From contig JAJBUH010000138.1 of NCBI GenBank assembly GCA_020860445.1, positions 9,840-73,839 on the forward strand: a stretch of DNA of 64,000 nt, read 5' to 3'. Shown here in pieces: positions 48,137 through 56,957 of the stretch. This DNA comes from Bacteroidales bacterium. Lineage in GTDB: Bacteria > Bacteroidota > Bacteroidia > Bacteroidales > Muribaculaceae. The stretch's first letter is position 1. Each line of letters begins with the position of its first letter. Made by a program: the position numbers and the translations under genes. The notes beneath the pieces were generated by a model. It did no database searches. It had not been told where the DNA came from and saw only the letters and a list, made by a program, of their open reading frames with translations.

Positions 48137-48164
48137 GGTAGGGAAAAACATTGTTGAGCCTCTC
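48137..48164 (-). repeat. Truncated solo arm of the E-family element
   Basis: AACATTGTTGAGCCTCTCCGAGGCTATG is the terminal small hairpin and linker only. The central CCCCAGG hairpin is missing. Confidence 0.7.
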
Positions 48165-48193
48165 CGAGGCTATGAGGAGCCGAAACCATCAGG

Positions 48194-48255
48194 CTAGATG
48201 AAACAACCCCTACAGGGTAGGGGGAGGGGAGCATCCATCCGGATAGAGGAAATAA
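48194..48255. repeat. R-family repeat, third copy
   Basis: CTAGATGAAACAACCCCTACAGGGTAGGGGGAGGGGAGCATCCATCCGGATAGAGG, a direct repeat of 46293-46340 on the other side of the 46348-48102 gene. Confidence 0.75.
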
Positions 48256-48259
48256 TTAC

Positions 48260-48751
48260 CTAATGGGGTAGCAGGGTGGGGAGGAGGGAGGAGCAGGCGT
48301 CCTCGATGAGGTCGAGGGCGTAGTCAAAGGCGCGGGAGTCGCCGTAGTAGGGGTCGGGGACTGTGGCGGGGCGAGGGCGGATGGTGGAGTAATCGGTAAT
48401 CAGCTTGACTTTGGCGCGGTCCTCGGGGGTTGGCGCCATGCGGCGCAAGGCGCGCACATTCTCATCGTCCATGCCTATAATCAAGTCGAAATCGCGGAAA
48501 TCGCTCGGCCTGACCTGCCGAGCCCGATGGGTGAGGTTGATGCCGCGCATCGCCGCATGGCTGCGCATGCGGCGGTCGGGGAGGTCGCCCACATGCCAAT
48601 TGCCGAGGCCAGCGCTGTCAACCTCGATTTGGCCTTGCAGCCCCCGATCCTCGATCAACTGCCGCATCACCCCCTCAGCAGCTGGGCTGCGGCATATATT
48701 CCCCAGACACACAAACAATACCTTCACCGGTTTCTTCTCATCCTTACTCAT
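48260..48751 (-). CDS. Low-molecular-weight protein-tyrosine phosphatase
   Basis: VLFVCLGNICRSPAAEG (CX5R-S loop) and DP near the C-terminus. 163 aa. Confidence 0.92.
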   Translation of the reverse strand: MSKDEKKPVKVLFVCLGNICRSPAAEGVMRQLIEDRGLQGQIEVDSAGLGNWHVGDLPDRRMRSHAAMRGINLTHRARQVRPSDFRDFDLIIGMDDENVRALRRMAPTPEDRAKVKLITDYSTIRPRPATVPDPYYGDSRAFDYALDLIEDACSSLLPTLLPH

Positions 48752-48795
48752 CTTGTTCTTCTCCTTTTAATTTTTCTCTTTCAATTTAAACAATC

Positions 48796-48850
48796 AAAGT
48801 ACGTCATTTTTACCACATTTCCAAATAATGTGGTAAAAATGACGTACTTT
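48796..48850. terminator. Long hairpin (23-bp arms) between the helicase and PTP genes
   Basis: AAAGTACGTCATTTTTACCACAT ... ATGTGGTAAAAATGACGTACTTT, with T runs on both strands. Confidence 0.65.
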
Positions 48851-48859
48851 TTATGGTTT

Positions 48860-50275
48860 TTACTTTTGGTCCTCTCCTGTTTTTGGCTTGCGCTTGCGGT
48901 GCCAGGGACGCTTTGAGCGCTTGGGCTTGGTGGGAGCATCGGGGTGGGCTGAATCGGAAGGGGTAGGAGAGGGTTCAGATGTGGGTGTCTCGGAGGTGGG
49001 TTTGGGGCCCTCGGCTTTGGGTTTCGAGGGCTTGCGGTTTGATGAGCGATGGGGATGCTTGTCGCGGCGCGGCTCTTTGTGGCGCTTTTCTGAGCGAGGG
49101 GTCTTCTCGGTGTTGGGGGCCTCGCCGAGGTCGGGGTCGAGCGGCAGGCGCTCGATCTCCTTCTCCAAGAATTGCTCGAGGCGCCGGAAACGACCCAGGT
49201 CGCGCTGTGTCACGAAGGTGACGGCGCGGCCGTCGCTGTCGGCGCGAGCCGTGCGCCCCACGCGGTGCACATAGTCCTCATGGTCGTGGGGCAGGTCGTA
49301 GTTGACCACCAGGGTGATGTCGTCGATGTCGATGCCTCGGGCCACAATGTCGGTGGCGACCAGCACATTGATCTTGCCGGCGCGAAACGCTAACATCGTC
49401 TCGTCGCGTTCGGCCTGTTCCAGGTCGGAGTGCATCACCCCAACATGGGCGCGCTTGCCCTTGATCGATGAGGCGCGGCGCTTAAGCTCAAAGTTGAGCT
49501 CCTTGACCTTTTGCTTTGACGAGGCGAAGATCAGCACCCTCGAGAAGGGTTCCTCTGACAGGATGCGAATTAGGGTGGGGAGCTTCTGCGGCTCGTGGCA
49601 GATCACCGCTTGTTGGCGTATCTTTTCGGCCGGCTTTGATACGGCCAGTTTGATTTCGGCTGGGTTGCGCAGTATCTTAGATGCCAAAGTGCGTATCTTT
49701 GGCGGCATAGTAGCTGAGAAGAGCAGGGTCTGGCGCTCCTTGGGCAGGTGTGACACGATCTGCATGATGTCGTCATAGAATCCCATGTCGAGCATGCGGT
49801 CGGCCTCATCGAGGATGAGGAATGCCACGTGCGACAGGTCGACATAACCCATGCTCAGGTGCGCTATCAGTCGACCCGGGGTGGCTATTACCACGTCGGC
49901 GCCCTGGGTCAGGCCTCGGCGCTGCCGCTCGTAGCCCTCGCCGTTGGTGCCGCCGTAGATGGCGAGGCTGCTGACGGGCATGAAGTAGGCGAAGCCCTCC
50001 ATCTGCTGGTCGATTTGTTGGGCCAGTTCGCGCGTGGGGGCGATTACCAGGCAGTTGATGGCATCGGTGGGGTATCCCTCTTCGGCCATGCGGTCGATTA
50101 CGGGCAACAGGTATGCGGCAGTCTTGCCGGTGCCCGTCTGGGCTATGCCTATCAGGTCGCGCCCTTGGGCTATTATGGGTATTGCCAGCTCTTGGATGGG
50201 GGTGCACTCGTCGAAGTGCATATCGTAGAGGGCATCGAGCACAGCGTCGTTTCTGAGGATTTCGTCAAATCTCAT
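48860..50275 (-). CDS. DEAD-box ATP-dependent RNA helicase with a basic C-terminal tail
   Basis: AQTGTGKT, PTRELA, DEAD, SAT and HRVGRTAR motifs. The tail is K/R/P-rich. Confidence 0.95.
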   Translation of the reverse strand: MRFDEILRNDAVLDALYDMHFDECTPIQELAIPIIAQGRDLIGIAQTGTGKTAAYLLPVIDRMAEEGYPTDAINCLVIAPTRELAQQIDQQMEGFAYFMPVSSLAIYGGTNGEGYERQRRGLTQGADVVIATPGRLIAHLSMGYVDLSHVAFLILDEADRMLDMGFYDDIMQIVSHLPKERQTLLFSATMPPKIRTLASKILRNPAEIKLAVSKPAEKIRQQAVICHEPQKLPTLIRILSEEPFSRVLIFASSKQKVKELNFELKRRASSIKGKRAHVGVMHSDLEQAERDETMLAFRAGKINVLVATDIVARGIDIDDITLVVNYDLPHDHEDYVHRVGRTARADSDGRAVTFVTQRDLGRFRRLEQFLEKEIERLPLDPDLGEAPNTEKTPRSEKRHKEPRRDKHPHRSSNRKPSKPKAEGPKPTSETPTSEPSPTPSDSAHPDAPTKPKRSKRPWHRKRKPKTGEDQK

Positions 50276-50363
50276 ATCAGTCTTAGGTCTTAGGCTTTTG
50301 GAAAAGATTGCGCAAATTTACGAAAAATTTGGCATAAGTAACTTCCCAATATAAAATTAATTT

Positions 50364-50651
50364 AAACACGGAGGTCTTGGAGATGCACCGAGTCCACGGA
50401 GACTTGTATTTTCTGCCATATTTGCGTACCAGGTTCGGTCACAGAGGCGGCAAGGCCGCAGCAGAGGTCACTGAGCGCGAGGACAATCGGCGGAGGACTT
50501 AGTTTCTCGCTGGCCCCGAAACAAAGGGATAACGCCCACCCTCCGTGACCTTTGCTACCGCTTCAGCGGTCTTCGTGACCGATTCCAGATACCAAACAAA
50601 GCAAAAGGAAAATCTCTGTGGACTCCGAGATTCTCCGTGACCTCTGTGTTT
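50364..50651. repeat. 288-bp MITE-like / long palindromic element
   Basis: Imperfect ~40-nt terminal inverted repeats: AAACACGGAGGTCTTGGAGATGCACCGAGTCCACGGAGA versus the reverse complement of TCTCTGTGGACTCCGAGATTCTCCGTGACCTCTGTGTTT. Internal CACRGAG/CTCYGTG and GGTCAC/GTGACC motifs are mirrored. Confidence 0.55.
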
Positions 50652-50781
50652 ATATCAAATCGGTGGTTGTTTCCATCGGGTATAATCAAATTTTAGAATA
50701 AAAATCCCACGTATTATTGGGATTTTAAAAATTATTCGTAAATTTGCACTACCAATAGTTAACCGAAGATACTATACCGCC

Positions 50782-51909
50782 ATGAATTCACTCAAGACAG
50801 CTATGCATAACGCTGGAGGACTAGTGATGGCCCATCTCGGCGCAATGATAGCTGTTGTTTTTTGGGGCCTATCGTTTGTGTCCACAAGTTACATTATGGA
50901 CAACGGTGGCCTTACGCCTACCGAGGCTTATGTCTACCGCTTCATCATTGCCTACGCCTTGGTAGTGTGCATCTCCCATAAGCGACTAATGTGCAACAAT
51001 TGGCAGGACGAGGGGCTGATGCTGCTATGCGGCATGAGCGCCGGCTCGATATATTTCATAGCCGAGAACACTGCCCTTAAGATGACTCTTACGACCAATG
51101 TGTCGCTCTTGTCGAGCACGTCGCCGTTGGTGACGGTGCTGCTCGTGGGCCTTATATATAAGAGCGAGCGACCGGGACGGGGGATTATCATCGGCTCGAT
51201 TGTGGCATTTGCCGGCGTGGTATTTGTGATATTCAATAGCTTCCTGGGCAGCGCTATGTCGCTCAAGATCAGTCCGCTTGGCGACTTGCTGGCGCTCTCG
51301 ACCTCGGTGTGCTGGGCGTTGTATTCGCTGATACTGAAGAGGCTGAATGTGGTGTACGATGCTATGTTCATCACTCGCAAGACTTTCTTCTACGGCATCA
51401 TCACGGCGTTGCCGTTCCTGGCGTTGGAGCCGTCGCTTGAGAGTCCGATCGAGGTGCTGTCCAACCGTTGGGTGCTGGGCAACCTGGTGTTTCTGGCTCT
51501 TGGTGCTTCAATCATCAGCTTCTTCCTCTGGGCTCGCACCATCGACAAGGTGGGCGCTGTCAAGGCCAACAACTACATGTATCTGCAGCCGGTGGTGACG
51601 CTCGTTGCATCGGCCATCATATTTCACGATCCCATCACGGTACTCGGCATCACCGGGTTTGTGCTCATCCTCTTCGGCCTCTGGCTCGGCGACTACCTGC
51701 AGGCCCGCATCGCCGCCAAGCGCGCCATGGCCCCTCCAGCCCCTAACCCCGCTCCCGACCGCAAGGAGGCTATAGACCGCAAAGACATAAGGGAGCCTAA
51801 GGAGATAATAGAGACTAAGCCCATAATCGAACCACAAGAGGGTATTGATATCACCTCTGCACTTGAGCGTAAAACTCGTCGAGAACCTCAGCGCCAAAAA
51901 GAATTGTAA
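50782..51909 (+). CDS. DMT/EamA-family transporter with a charged C-terminal extension
   Basis: Ten predicted hydrophobic segments forming two EamA-like halves. The tail is rich in P/E/K/I. Confidence 0.85.
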   Translation: MNSLKTAMHNAGGLVMAHLGAMIAVVFWGLSFVSTSYIMDNGGLTPTEAYVYRFIIAYALVVCISHKRLMCNNWQDEGLMLLCGMSAGSIYFIAENTALKMTLTTNVSLLSSTSPLVTVLLVGLIYKSERPGRGIIIGSIVAFAGVVFVIFNSFLGSAMSLKISPLGDLLALSTSVCWALYSLILKRLNVVYDAMFITRKTFFYGIITALPFLALEPSLESPIEVLSNRWVLGNLVFLALGASIISFFLWARTIDKVGAVKANNYMYLQPVVTLVASAIIFHDPITVLGITGFVLILFGLWLGDYLQARIAAKRAMAPPAPNPAPDRKEAIDRKDIREPKEIIETKPIIEPQEGIDITSALERKTRREPQRQKEL

Positions 51910-51915
51910 CCCCAT

Positions 51916-52023
51916 AGCCTCGGAGAGGCTTAACAATGTTAACCCCAGGCGGTTGGCAAGCGTAGCGAGCCAACCGCCTGGGGTTATGGCGTCCCCACCC
52001 AGCGAGCCTCGGAGAGGCTCAAC
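51916..52023 (+). repeat. Triple-hairpin intergenic element (E family), copy 4
   Basis: AGCCTCGGAGAGGCT, then CCCCAGGCGGTTGGC...GCCAACCGCCTGGGG, then CAGCGAGCCTCGGAGAGGCTCAAC. Its last base abuts the stop codon of the convergent gene. Confidence 0.75.
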
Positions 52024-52844
52024 TAATCCTCAGGCGTGGTATACCCATCGATGTGCAATTCTTCTTCGCGCGCTTCATCGGTATAGAAGGTATACCGATA
52101 GCTGAATCTCTGCTTCTTGATGCGCCTCGACCCCAAGGGGATGACTTCCTCGCCGTCGGGGGAGAATAGGGCGTACTTAGCGTTGAGTTCGCCCACGAAA
52201 TAATCAGTTGGCCACAATTTCTCGATATGGTCGTATTTCGTCTCTATTATCAAATCGCTGCCGCGATACACGCCCTGGCGCTCTTGCTGGTCTTCGACAC
52301 GGAAATAATCTCCGTCGTCCCATACCCATCGGTATTCTAAGGGGATCACGGTATTGCCCTGCAGGTCGATGACGCCATTGCGCCATAGGCTTTTCCTTAC
52401 CTTGACATAAGGCCCTTGGCCAGCCTCCTTGACATCGCCAAACACATTCTTTATCCTGTAGGTGTTGGTCTCGGGATGCAGGTCTACGCATCGGCTTTCC
52501 TTCATCATCACTATCGCACACCACACCATCAACAGGGATACTCCAGGCACTATGTAGCGCAGAAATATATGGGCCTTCAGGGCCTTTGACAGTCGCCAAT
52601 GCAGCACCCCCAAGGCGGCTATTACTATAGCCGCGCCCAAGACCAGGGTCGATGTCCGCGACGCTTCCGCCCTCGACAAGAAGGTCTGCTCCATAGCCTC
52701 CCCTCCAATCTCCATGTAGCATATCACCATCACCACCAACCCTATAGTGAGGAAAAAGTATCCCCACCTCCTCCCCACGCTGACGGAAGCCTCCTTTCTT
52801 TGGCGCGTTGTCTCCTCTACTGCTTTTTCGTTGTCCTTTATCAT
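52023..52844 (-). CDS. Membrane-anchored WG-repeat-like protein
   Basis: Three N-terminal hydrophobic segments, then a repeated pattern ...GVIDLQGNTVIPLEYRWVW / ...ALFSPDGEEVIPLG. Confidence 0.55.
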   Translation of the reverse strand: MIKDNEKAVEETTRQRKEASVSVGRRWGYFFLTIGLVVMVICYMEIGGEAMEQTFLSRAEASRTSTLVLGAAIVIAALGVLHWRLSKALKAHIFLRYIVPGVSLLMVWCAIVMMKESRCVDLHPETNTYRIKNVFGDVKEAGQGPYVKVRKSLWRNGVIDLQGNTVIPLEYRWVWDDGDYFRVEDQQERQGVYRGSDLIIETKYDHIEKLWPTDYFVGELNAKYALFSPDGEEVIPLGSRRIKKQRFSYRYTFYTDEAREEELHIDGYTTPED

Positions 52845-52852
52845 GCCTATGA

Positions 52853-53332
52853 TTATCTTTTTACCATTTCGATGGCTTGCTTGCCGGTGATGCGGTCGAT
52901 GGTCATTTCAAGCATTACTACGCGGGAGAAGCCTTTTGCCAATTCTTCGTCCAATGCCTTTTCGTCGGGATTGCATCGGCGACCAATGATCCTTGCTGCC
53001 TCAAGGCTTGCAGCCTCATCCTCGATGATGCTGATCTGGCCAAAGACTATGACGCTGCGGAAGTAGGTTGTGAACTGCTCGGGGTGCACCTCGTCCTGAT
53101 CTATGACGCAGAATGATGCATTGCCATTCTGGCGTATTAGATCGAGTTTGTGGCCATCTTTTGCGCAGTGGAAGATTAGTCTGTGCCCATCCACGGCATG
53201 GCTCAACGGCACAGCGTAGGGCATCATATCCTGTCCGCACAGGGCCAAAACACCCGATGTCGTGCGCCGCAAAATCTCTATGCACTCCTCTGCTGGGAGC
53301 TGCTGCCTGAATCGTCTCATCTTTCTTTCCAT
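52853..53332 (-). CDS. Pyridoxamine 5'-phosphate oxidase-family (FMN-binding split-barrel, Nim-like) protein
   Basis: MRRFRQQL...SGVLAL...PYAVPL...IFHCAKDGHKLD pattern. The start is chosen at MERK, giving a TGATG overlap with the sugE stop. Confidence 0.7.
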   Translation of the reverse strand: MERKMRRFRQQLPAEECIEILRRTTSGVLALCGQDMMPYAVPLSHAVDGHRLIFHCAKDGHKLDLIRQNGNASFCVIDQDEVHPEQFTTYFRSVIVFGQISIIEDEAASLEAARIIGRRCNPDEKALDEELAKGFSRVVMLEMTIDRITGKQAIEMVKR

Positions 53333-53655
53333 CAGTGTGCCATTTTTAGTCCTACAATAGAGAGAATTAAGGTTGTTATGAAAAACATGCGCCAAAATGT
53401 CGCTGGTTCATGGAAGAAAACTATGCCGACAATCACTGTGCCCACGGCGCCAATGCCTGTCCATACAGGATAGGCTGTTCCGATGGGTATAGTTTGCACA
53501 GCCTTGGCCAACAATACCATGCTCAGGGTCAGCATGATGAGAAACCCTGCGCCCCAGGACCACCATGCCGCGCCTTCCAGGCCCTTCATCTTGCCAAGGC
53601 AAAAGGCGAATCCAGTCTCGCAAAATCCGGCGATAATCAGTATAATCCAATTCAT
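53332..53655 (-). CDS. sugE: SMR-family quaternary ammonium/guanidinium exporter
   Basis: 107 aa with four TM segments and a conserved membrane Glu in IIAGFCETGFA. Confidence 0.9.
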   Translation of the reverse strand: MNWIILIIAGFCETGFAFCLGKMKGLEGAAWWSWGAGFLIMLTLSMVLLAKAVQTIPIGTAYPVWTGIGAVGTVIVGIVFFHEPATFWRMFFITTLILSIVGLKMAH

Positions 53656-53826
53656 ACTCTTGATAAAGCATCAACGAGAAGAGAAGCAAAGTCATCAAAA
53701 GGTCACTTATCCTTTTTGGTTTAATGGGTATAAAAATTCTGCCATGCAAATATACGCTTTTTATAATTAACCACAAAATCAAAGAAGAGGTTTGTTTTGT
53801 TGGTTTGGCGTTTTGTTTTGTAAAAA

Positions 53827-53858
53827 TTTGGAGATTCGAGATTTTTGCCGTAATTTTG
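53827..53858 (+). promoter_or_regulatory. Promoter P3 (cassette copy 3) of the Panacea TA pair
   Basis: TTTG (53827-53830), a 20-nt spacer, then TAATTTTG (53851-53858). AAAAATTTGG and TTTTTGCCGTAATTTTGTGG are identical to P1. Confidence 0.6.
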
Positions 53859-53972
53859 TGGCGAATGTAAAGGCATCTACTTAATTGGCTGCTATAACCT
53901 GAGCATTCTGTTTTATAACGGGTATTGAACAAATCCCATCCCTCATGAATTAGTATAAAAACAAGATTTCTT

Positions 53973-54428
53973 ATGGCATACAACGTATTGGATATCGCTA
54001 ATAAACTACTCGCCAGAGCTGAGATAGATACTCGGGTAGAGCTTTTTACCAACCTGAAGCTTCAGAAGATGCTCTATTATGAGCAAGGTTATCATCTTGC
54101 CATGTTTGACACTCCACTATTTGATGAGGAAATTGAGGCTTGGATGTATGGGCCAGCCATCCCAATAGTGTATGAGCATTTCAAGCATAATGGCAGAAAT
54201 GGAATCATGCCTGAGACCAACAATCCCATTGTATTGGATACTCCTGAGGAGGAGACCCTCTTCAACGATGTGTTTGAGACCTATATCAATTACTCGGCTT
54301 ATGGGTTAATGGAAGAGACCCATAAAGAGATGCCTTGGAAATCAACTCCTCAAGGCTATGGGAATGTGATATCTAAAGATAAGATGAAAAAATTTTTCTC
54401 CACCAAACTTATTGATGAAGAGAATTGA
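53973..54428 (+). CDS. Panacea-domain (DUF4065, SocA-like) antitoxin
   Basis: LKLQKMLYYEQGYHLAMFDTPLFDEEIEAWMYGPAIPIVY is the hallmark region of DUF4065 proteins. 151 aa. Confidence 0.8.
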   Translation: MAYNVLDIANKLLARAEIDTRVELFTNLKLQKMLYYEQGYHLAMFDTPLFDEEIEAWMYGPAIPIVYEHFKHNGRNGIMPETNNPIVLDTPEEETLFNDVFETYINYSAYGLMEETHKEMPWKSTPQGYGNVISKDKMKKFFSTKLIDEEN

Positions 54429-54798
54429 GAAAAAACCGGTTGAGAAGATTACCCCTCAATACGAAAATGTAGTTTTCAGTTTCAAATATCTTCAGCCAGT
54501 TAGTTATACAGAGTGTAGGGATTTGAGTTTCTTCATATCCTGGGTCAATAGATTGAATAAATACAGTCAGTTGACTTGGACTGATTTGTATACTTCGCAA
54601 AGACATTCCTTTGGTACAGAAAACATCCCTATTCACTCGTTGAAACGCCAACCCAATCTTCCAAAAGATTTTGAAGCTGATTCTCTAATAGCCTTAAGAG
54701 CCACAGGAAGCAATCATCCAATGTTAGGATTTAGAGAAAACAACATTTATCATGTGGTTTTCCTCGAATCTCAATTTGGAGACATATACAACCACTAA
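54412..54798 (+). CDS. Putative toxin partner of the Panacea antitoxin (family unknown)
   Basis: 17-nt overlap with the antitoxin gene, 128 aa, no TM segments. The C-terminus ...LRATGSNHPMLGFRENNIYHVVFLESQFGDIYNH is vaguely RelE/HigB-like. Confidence 0.5.
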   Translation: MMKRIEKKPVEKITPQYENVVFSFKYLQPVSYTECRDLSFFISWVNRLNKYSQLTWTDLYTSQRHSFGTENIPIHSLKRQPNLPKDFEADSLIALRATGSNHPMLGFRENNIYHVVFLESQFGDIYNH

Positions 54799-55001
54799 AG
54801 GATATTCTGAGATTGAAAAAAAGAATACCCTTAATGCTACGGAAATTATTCAATCTCCAAACATAAAAAGTAAAAAGAATACTCCCAGACCTTGTATCAG
54901 AGGCAGAGAAATAAGAAATCTAATCAAGAGTTTATAGGATTTGGTATTTAGAGGATTAATTGCTAACTTTGCCATATTGTTAAAGATAAGCGTCAAAGAA
55001 T

Positions 55002-56651
55002 ATGAGCCTATTCAATTTTGAGTTTGAGGATATGCCGATTAGTTATCCCATAGGTGAGCACAGTTTCAGAGAATTGCGCCGCAATGGGTGCCTCTATGTA
55101 GATAAGACTTACTATGTAGCTCGATTGATAAAACAAGGCAAATTCATATTCTTATCGCGGCCTCGGCGCTTTGGAAAGAGTTTGCTCCTCTCTACGATTG
55201 AGTGTTTCTTTAGAGGAGAAAAGGAACTTTTCAAAGGCACATGGATTGAGTCGCGCGTGAATGAATGGATAGAATATCCGGTGTTGCATTTTGACATGAC
55301 TCAAACCATGGGGCAAAATGCCGAGCAGATGAGAACCTATTTGTTGGAAAGCTGCTCTGAATATGAGAAGATTTACGGAGTTGAACCTCCTAAGGGAGTC
55401 GATGATATTGGCTCCAGATTCAACAGCCTTATCAAAAAGATCTATGCTGCCACTGGAAAACAGGTAGTCATTCTTATCGATGAATATGACAAGGGCATCC
55501 TTGAGACCCTTGACGAATCGCAGGAGGTGAAAGAAGCCATGAGCGATGTGCTCCGAGCATTTTACTCCCAGCCAAAGGCTGCTACCGAATCCGTAAAATT
55601 TTGCATGGTTACGGGCATAGCTCGTTTTGGCAGTTACACCCTCTTCTCGGGAGGCAACAATTATAACGACATCTCAATGGACGATGAGTATGCCGCCATT
55701 TGTGGCATCACTCAGCAAGAACTCTTGGACAACTTTGGCCAAGGCATCAAGAAACTCTCCACTATCAGAAAAGAATCTGAAGCCGATACCATAGATGCTT
55801 TGCGTCAGAAATATGACAGCTACCGGTTTTCTGATTCTGAAGAATTAGTCTATAATCCTTTCAGTCTGTTGTGCGCTTTTTCAAAAGGCAAGATGGCAAA
55901 TTATTGGATTAAGACCGGGATTAGCAAAGTGTTTGTCAAATACCTTACGCGGTCTGATTTTGACCTGATGGAGTTACAGAAACTTTGGGTTACCCGCGAG
56001 CGTATGGAGGCTATGTATAGCAATGAGGACTCAATCCCCCTGTTGTTCCAGACAGGTTACCTCACCATCCAGGATGTCGATGGTGACTTCTATCGCCTCG
56101 GTATCCCCAACGGCGAAGTCCGTTCTGCCTTGGTCGACCAGATTATCCCTCGCTTCCTGAATATTTCTGAGGGTGATTTTTCCATGCGTCTTAAGGCCAT
56201 CAAAGAATATATTGACCGAGGAGATGTGACTGGATGGATAAAAGAGGTTAAGAGCCTGATTTCCCATGTGCCAGGGAGATTGTTTGGTCCGACAGACAGT
56301 CATCTATATAATGAAGAGCAAAGGAAACAGGCCCGAGAATTGGCAATAGGCAGATTTGAACGTACCTATCACTTGATCATCCATGTGATTTTTCAGATGC
56401 TCTCAGTTGATGCTCGTAGTGAGATTGAGGTTTCAGGAGGCCGCATAGATATGGTGGTCGGCACTAAACGTTACCTCTATGTGATAGAATTCAAATTAGA
56501 TGGCACTCCGGCCGAAGCATTACAGCAAATAGACAGCAAGGATTATATGGTGCCATGGCAAACAGACGGCCGCCATCTCTTCAAGATAGGAATCTCCTTC
56601 TCCTCCCAAAGCCATAACATCTCGGATTACGACTGCTCTGAGATTCCATAG
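55002..56651 (+). CDS. AAA-ATPase-like / PDDEXK_9 (DUF1703-type) protein
   Basis: FLSRPRRFGKSLLL, ILIDEYD, and C-terminal GRIDMVVGTKRYLYVIEFKLD (PD-(D/E)xK-like). Confidence 0.8.
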   Translation: MSLFNFEFEDMPISYPIGEHSFRELRRNGCLYVDKTYYVARLIKQGKFIFLSRPRRFGKSLLLSTIECFFRGEKELFKGTWIESRVNEWIEYPVLHFDMTQTMGQNAEQMRTYLLESCSEYEKIYGVEPPKGVDDIGSRFNSLIKKIYAATGKQVVILIDEYDKGILETLDESQEVKEAMSDVLRAFYSQPKAATESVKFCMVTGIARFGSYTLFSGGNNYNDISMDDEYAAICGITQQELLDNFGQGIKKLSTIRKESEADTIDALRQKYDSYRFSDSEELVYNPFSLLCAFSKGKMANYWIKTGISKVFVKYLTRSDFDLMELQKLWVTRERMEAMYSNEDSIPLLFQTGYLTIQDVDGDFYRLGIPNGEVRSALVDQIIPRFLNISEGDFSMRLKAIKEYIDRGDVTGWIKEVKSLISHVPGRLFGPTDSHLYNEEQRKQARELAIGRFERTYHLIIHVIFQMLSVDARSEIEVSGGRIDMVVGTKRYLYVIEFKLDGTPAEALQQIDSKDYMVPWQTDGRHLFKIGISFSSQSHNISDYDCSEIP

Positions 56652-56663
56652 AAAGAAAATAAT

Positions 56664-56957
56664 TCATGCCTCGCGAGTAAATTGAGCTATTTCGTAGCAA
56701 TACACGAATAGGGGGTTGTCGCCTGATGCTGGGCTACCTTCCATGCCTTTGGCCAGATAATGCTTCTCGGCTTGTCGAGCGATGGTAGGATTGTCTGCGC
56801 GACACCATACATACCAAAAATTATTTTTTGGTACCTTGTGGTAGGCCAACTGCTCTTCGAGATTGCCAGTGATGCCAATGAAGTAGTCACCCCAATAAGG
56901 CTTGGAGCTTCGAGCCAAATGGCTATCAATAGTTTCTATAATCTTGTCGTAAGTCAT
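56664..56957 (-). CDS. Small protein with a degenerate GIY-YIG-like motif
   Basis: YFIGITGNLEEQLAYHK resembles the Y-x-G-x-T-x-x-L-x-x-R-x-x-x-H core of GIY-YIG proteins. 97 aa. Confidence 0.4.
   Translation of the reverse strand: MTYDKIIETIDSHLARSSKPYWGDYFIGITGNLEEQLAYHKVPKNNFWYVWCRADNPTIARQAEKHYLAKGMEGSPASGDNPLFVYCYEIAQFTREA

Noticed and set aside
53408-54052. 214-aa minus-strand ORF spanning sugE and the Panacea promoter region
   Set aside because: It overlaps sugE out of frame and runs through an AT-rich promoter region, with no motifs. It is best explained as a chance ORF.
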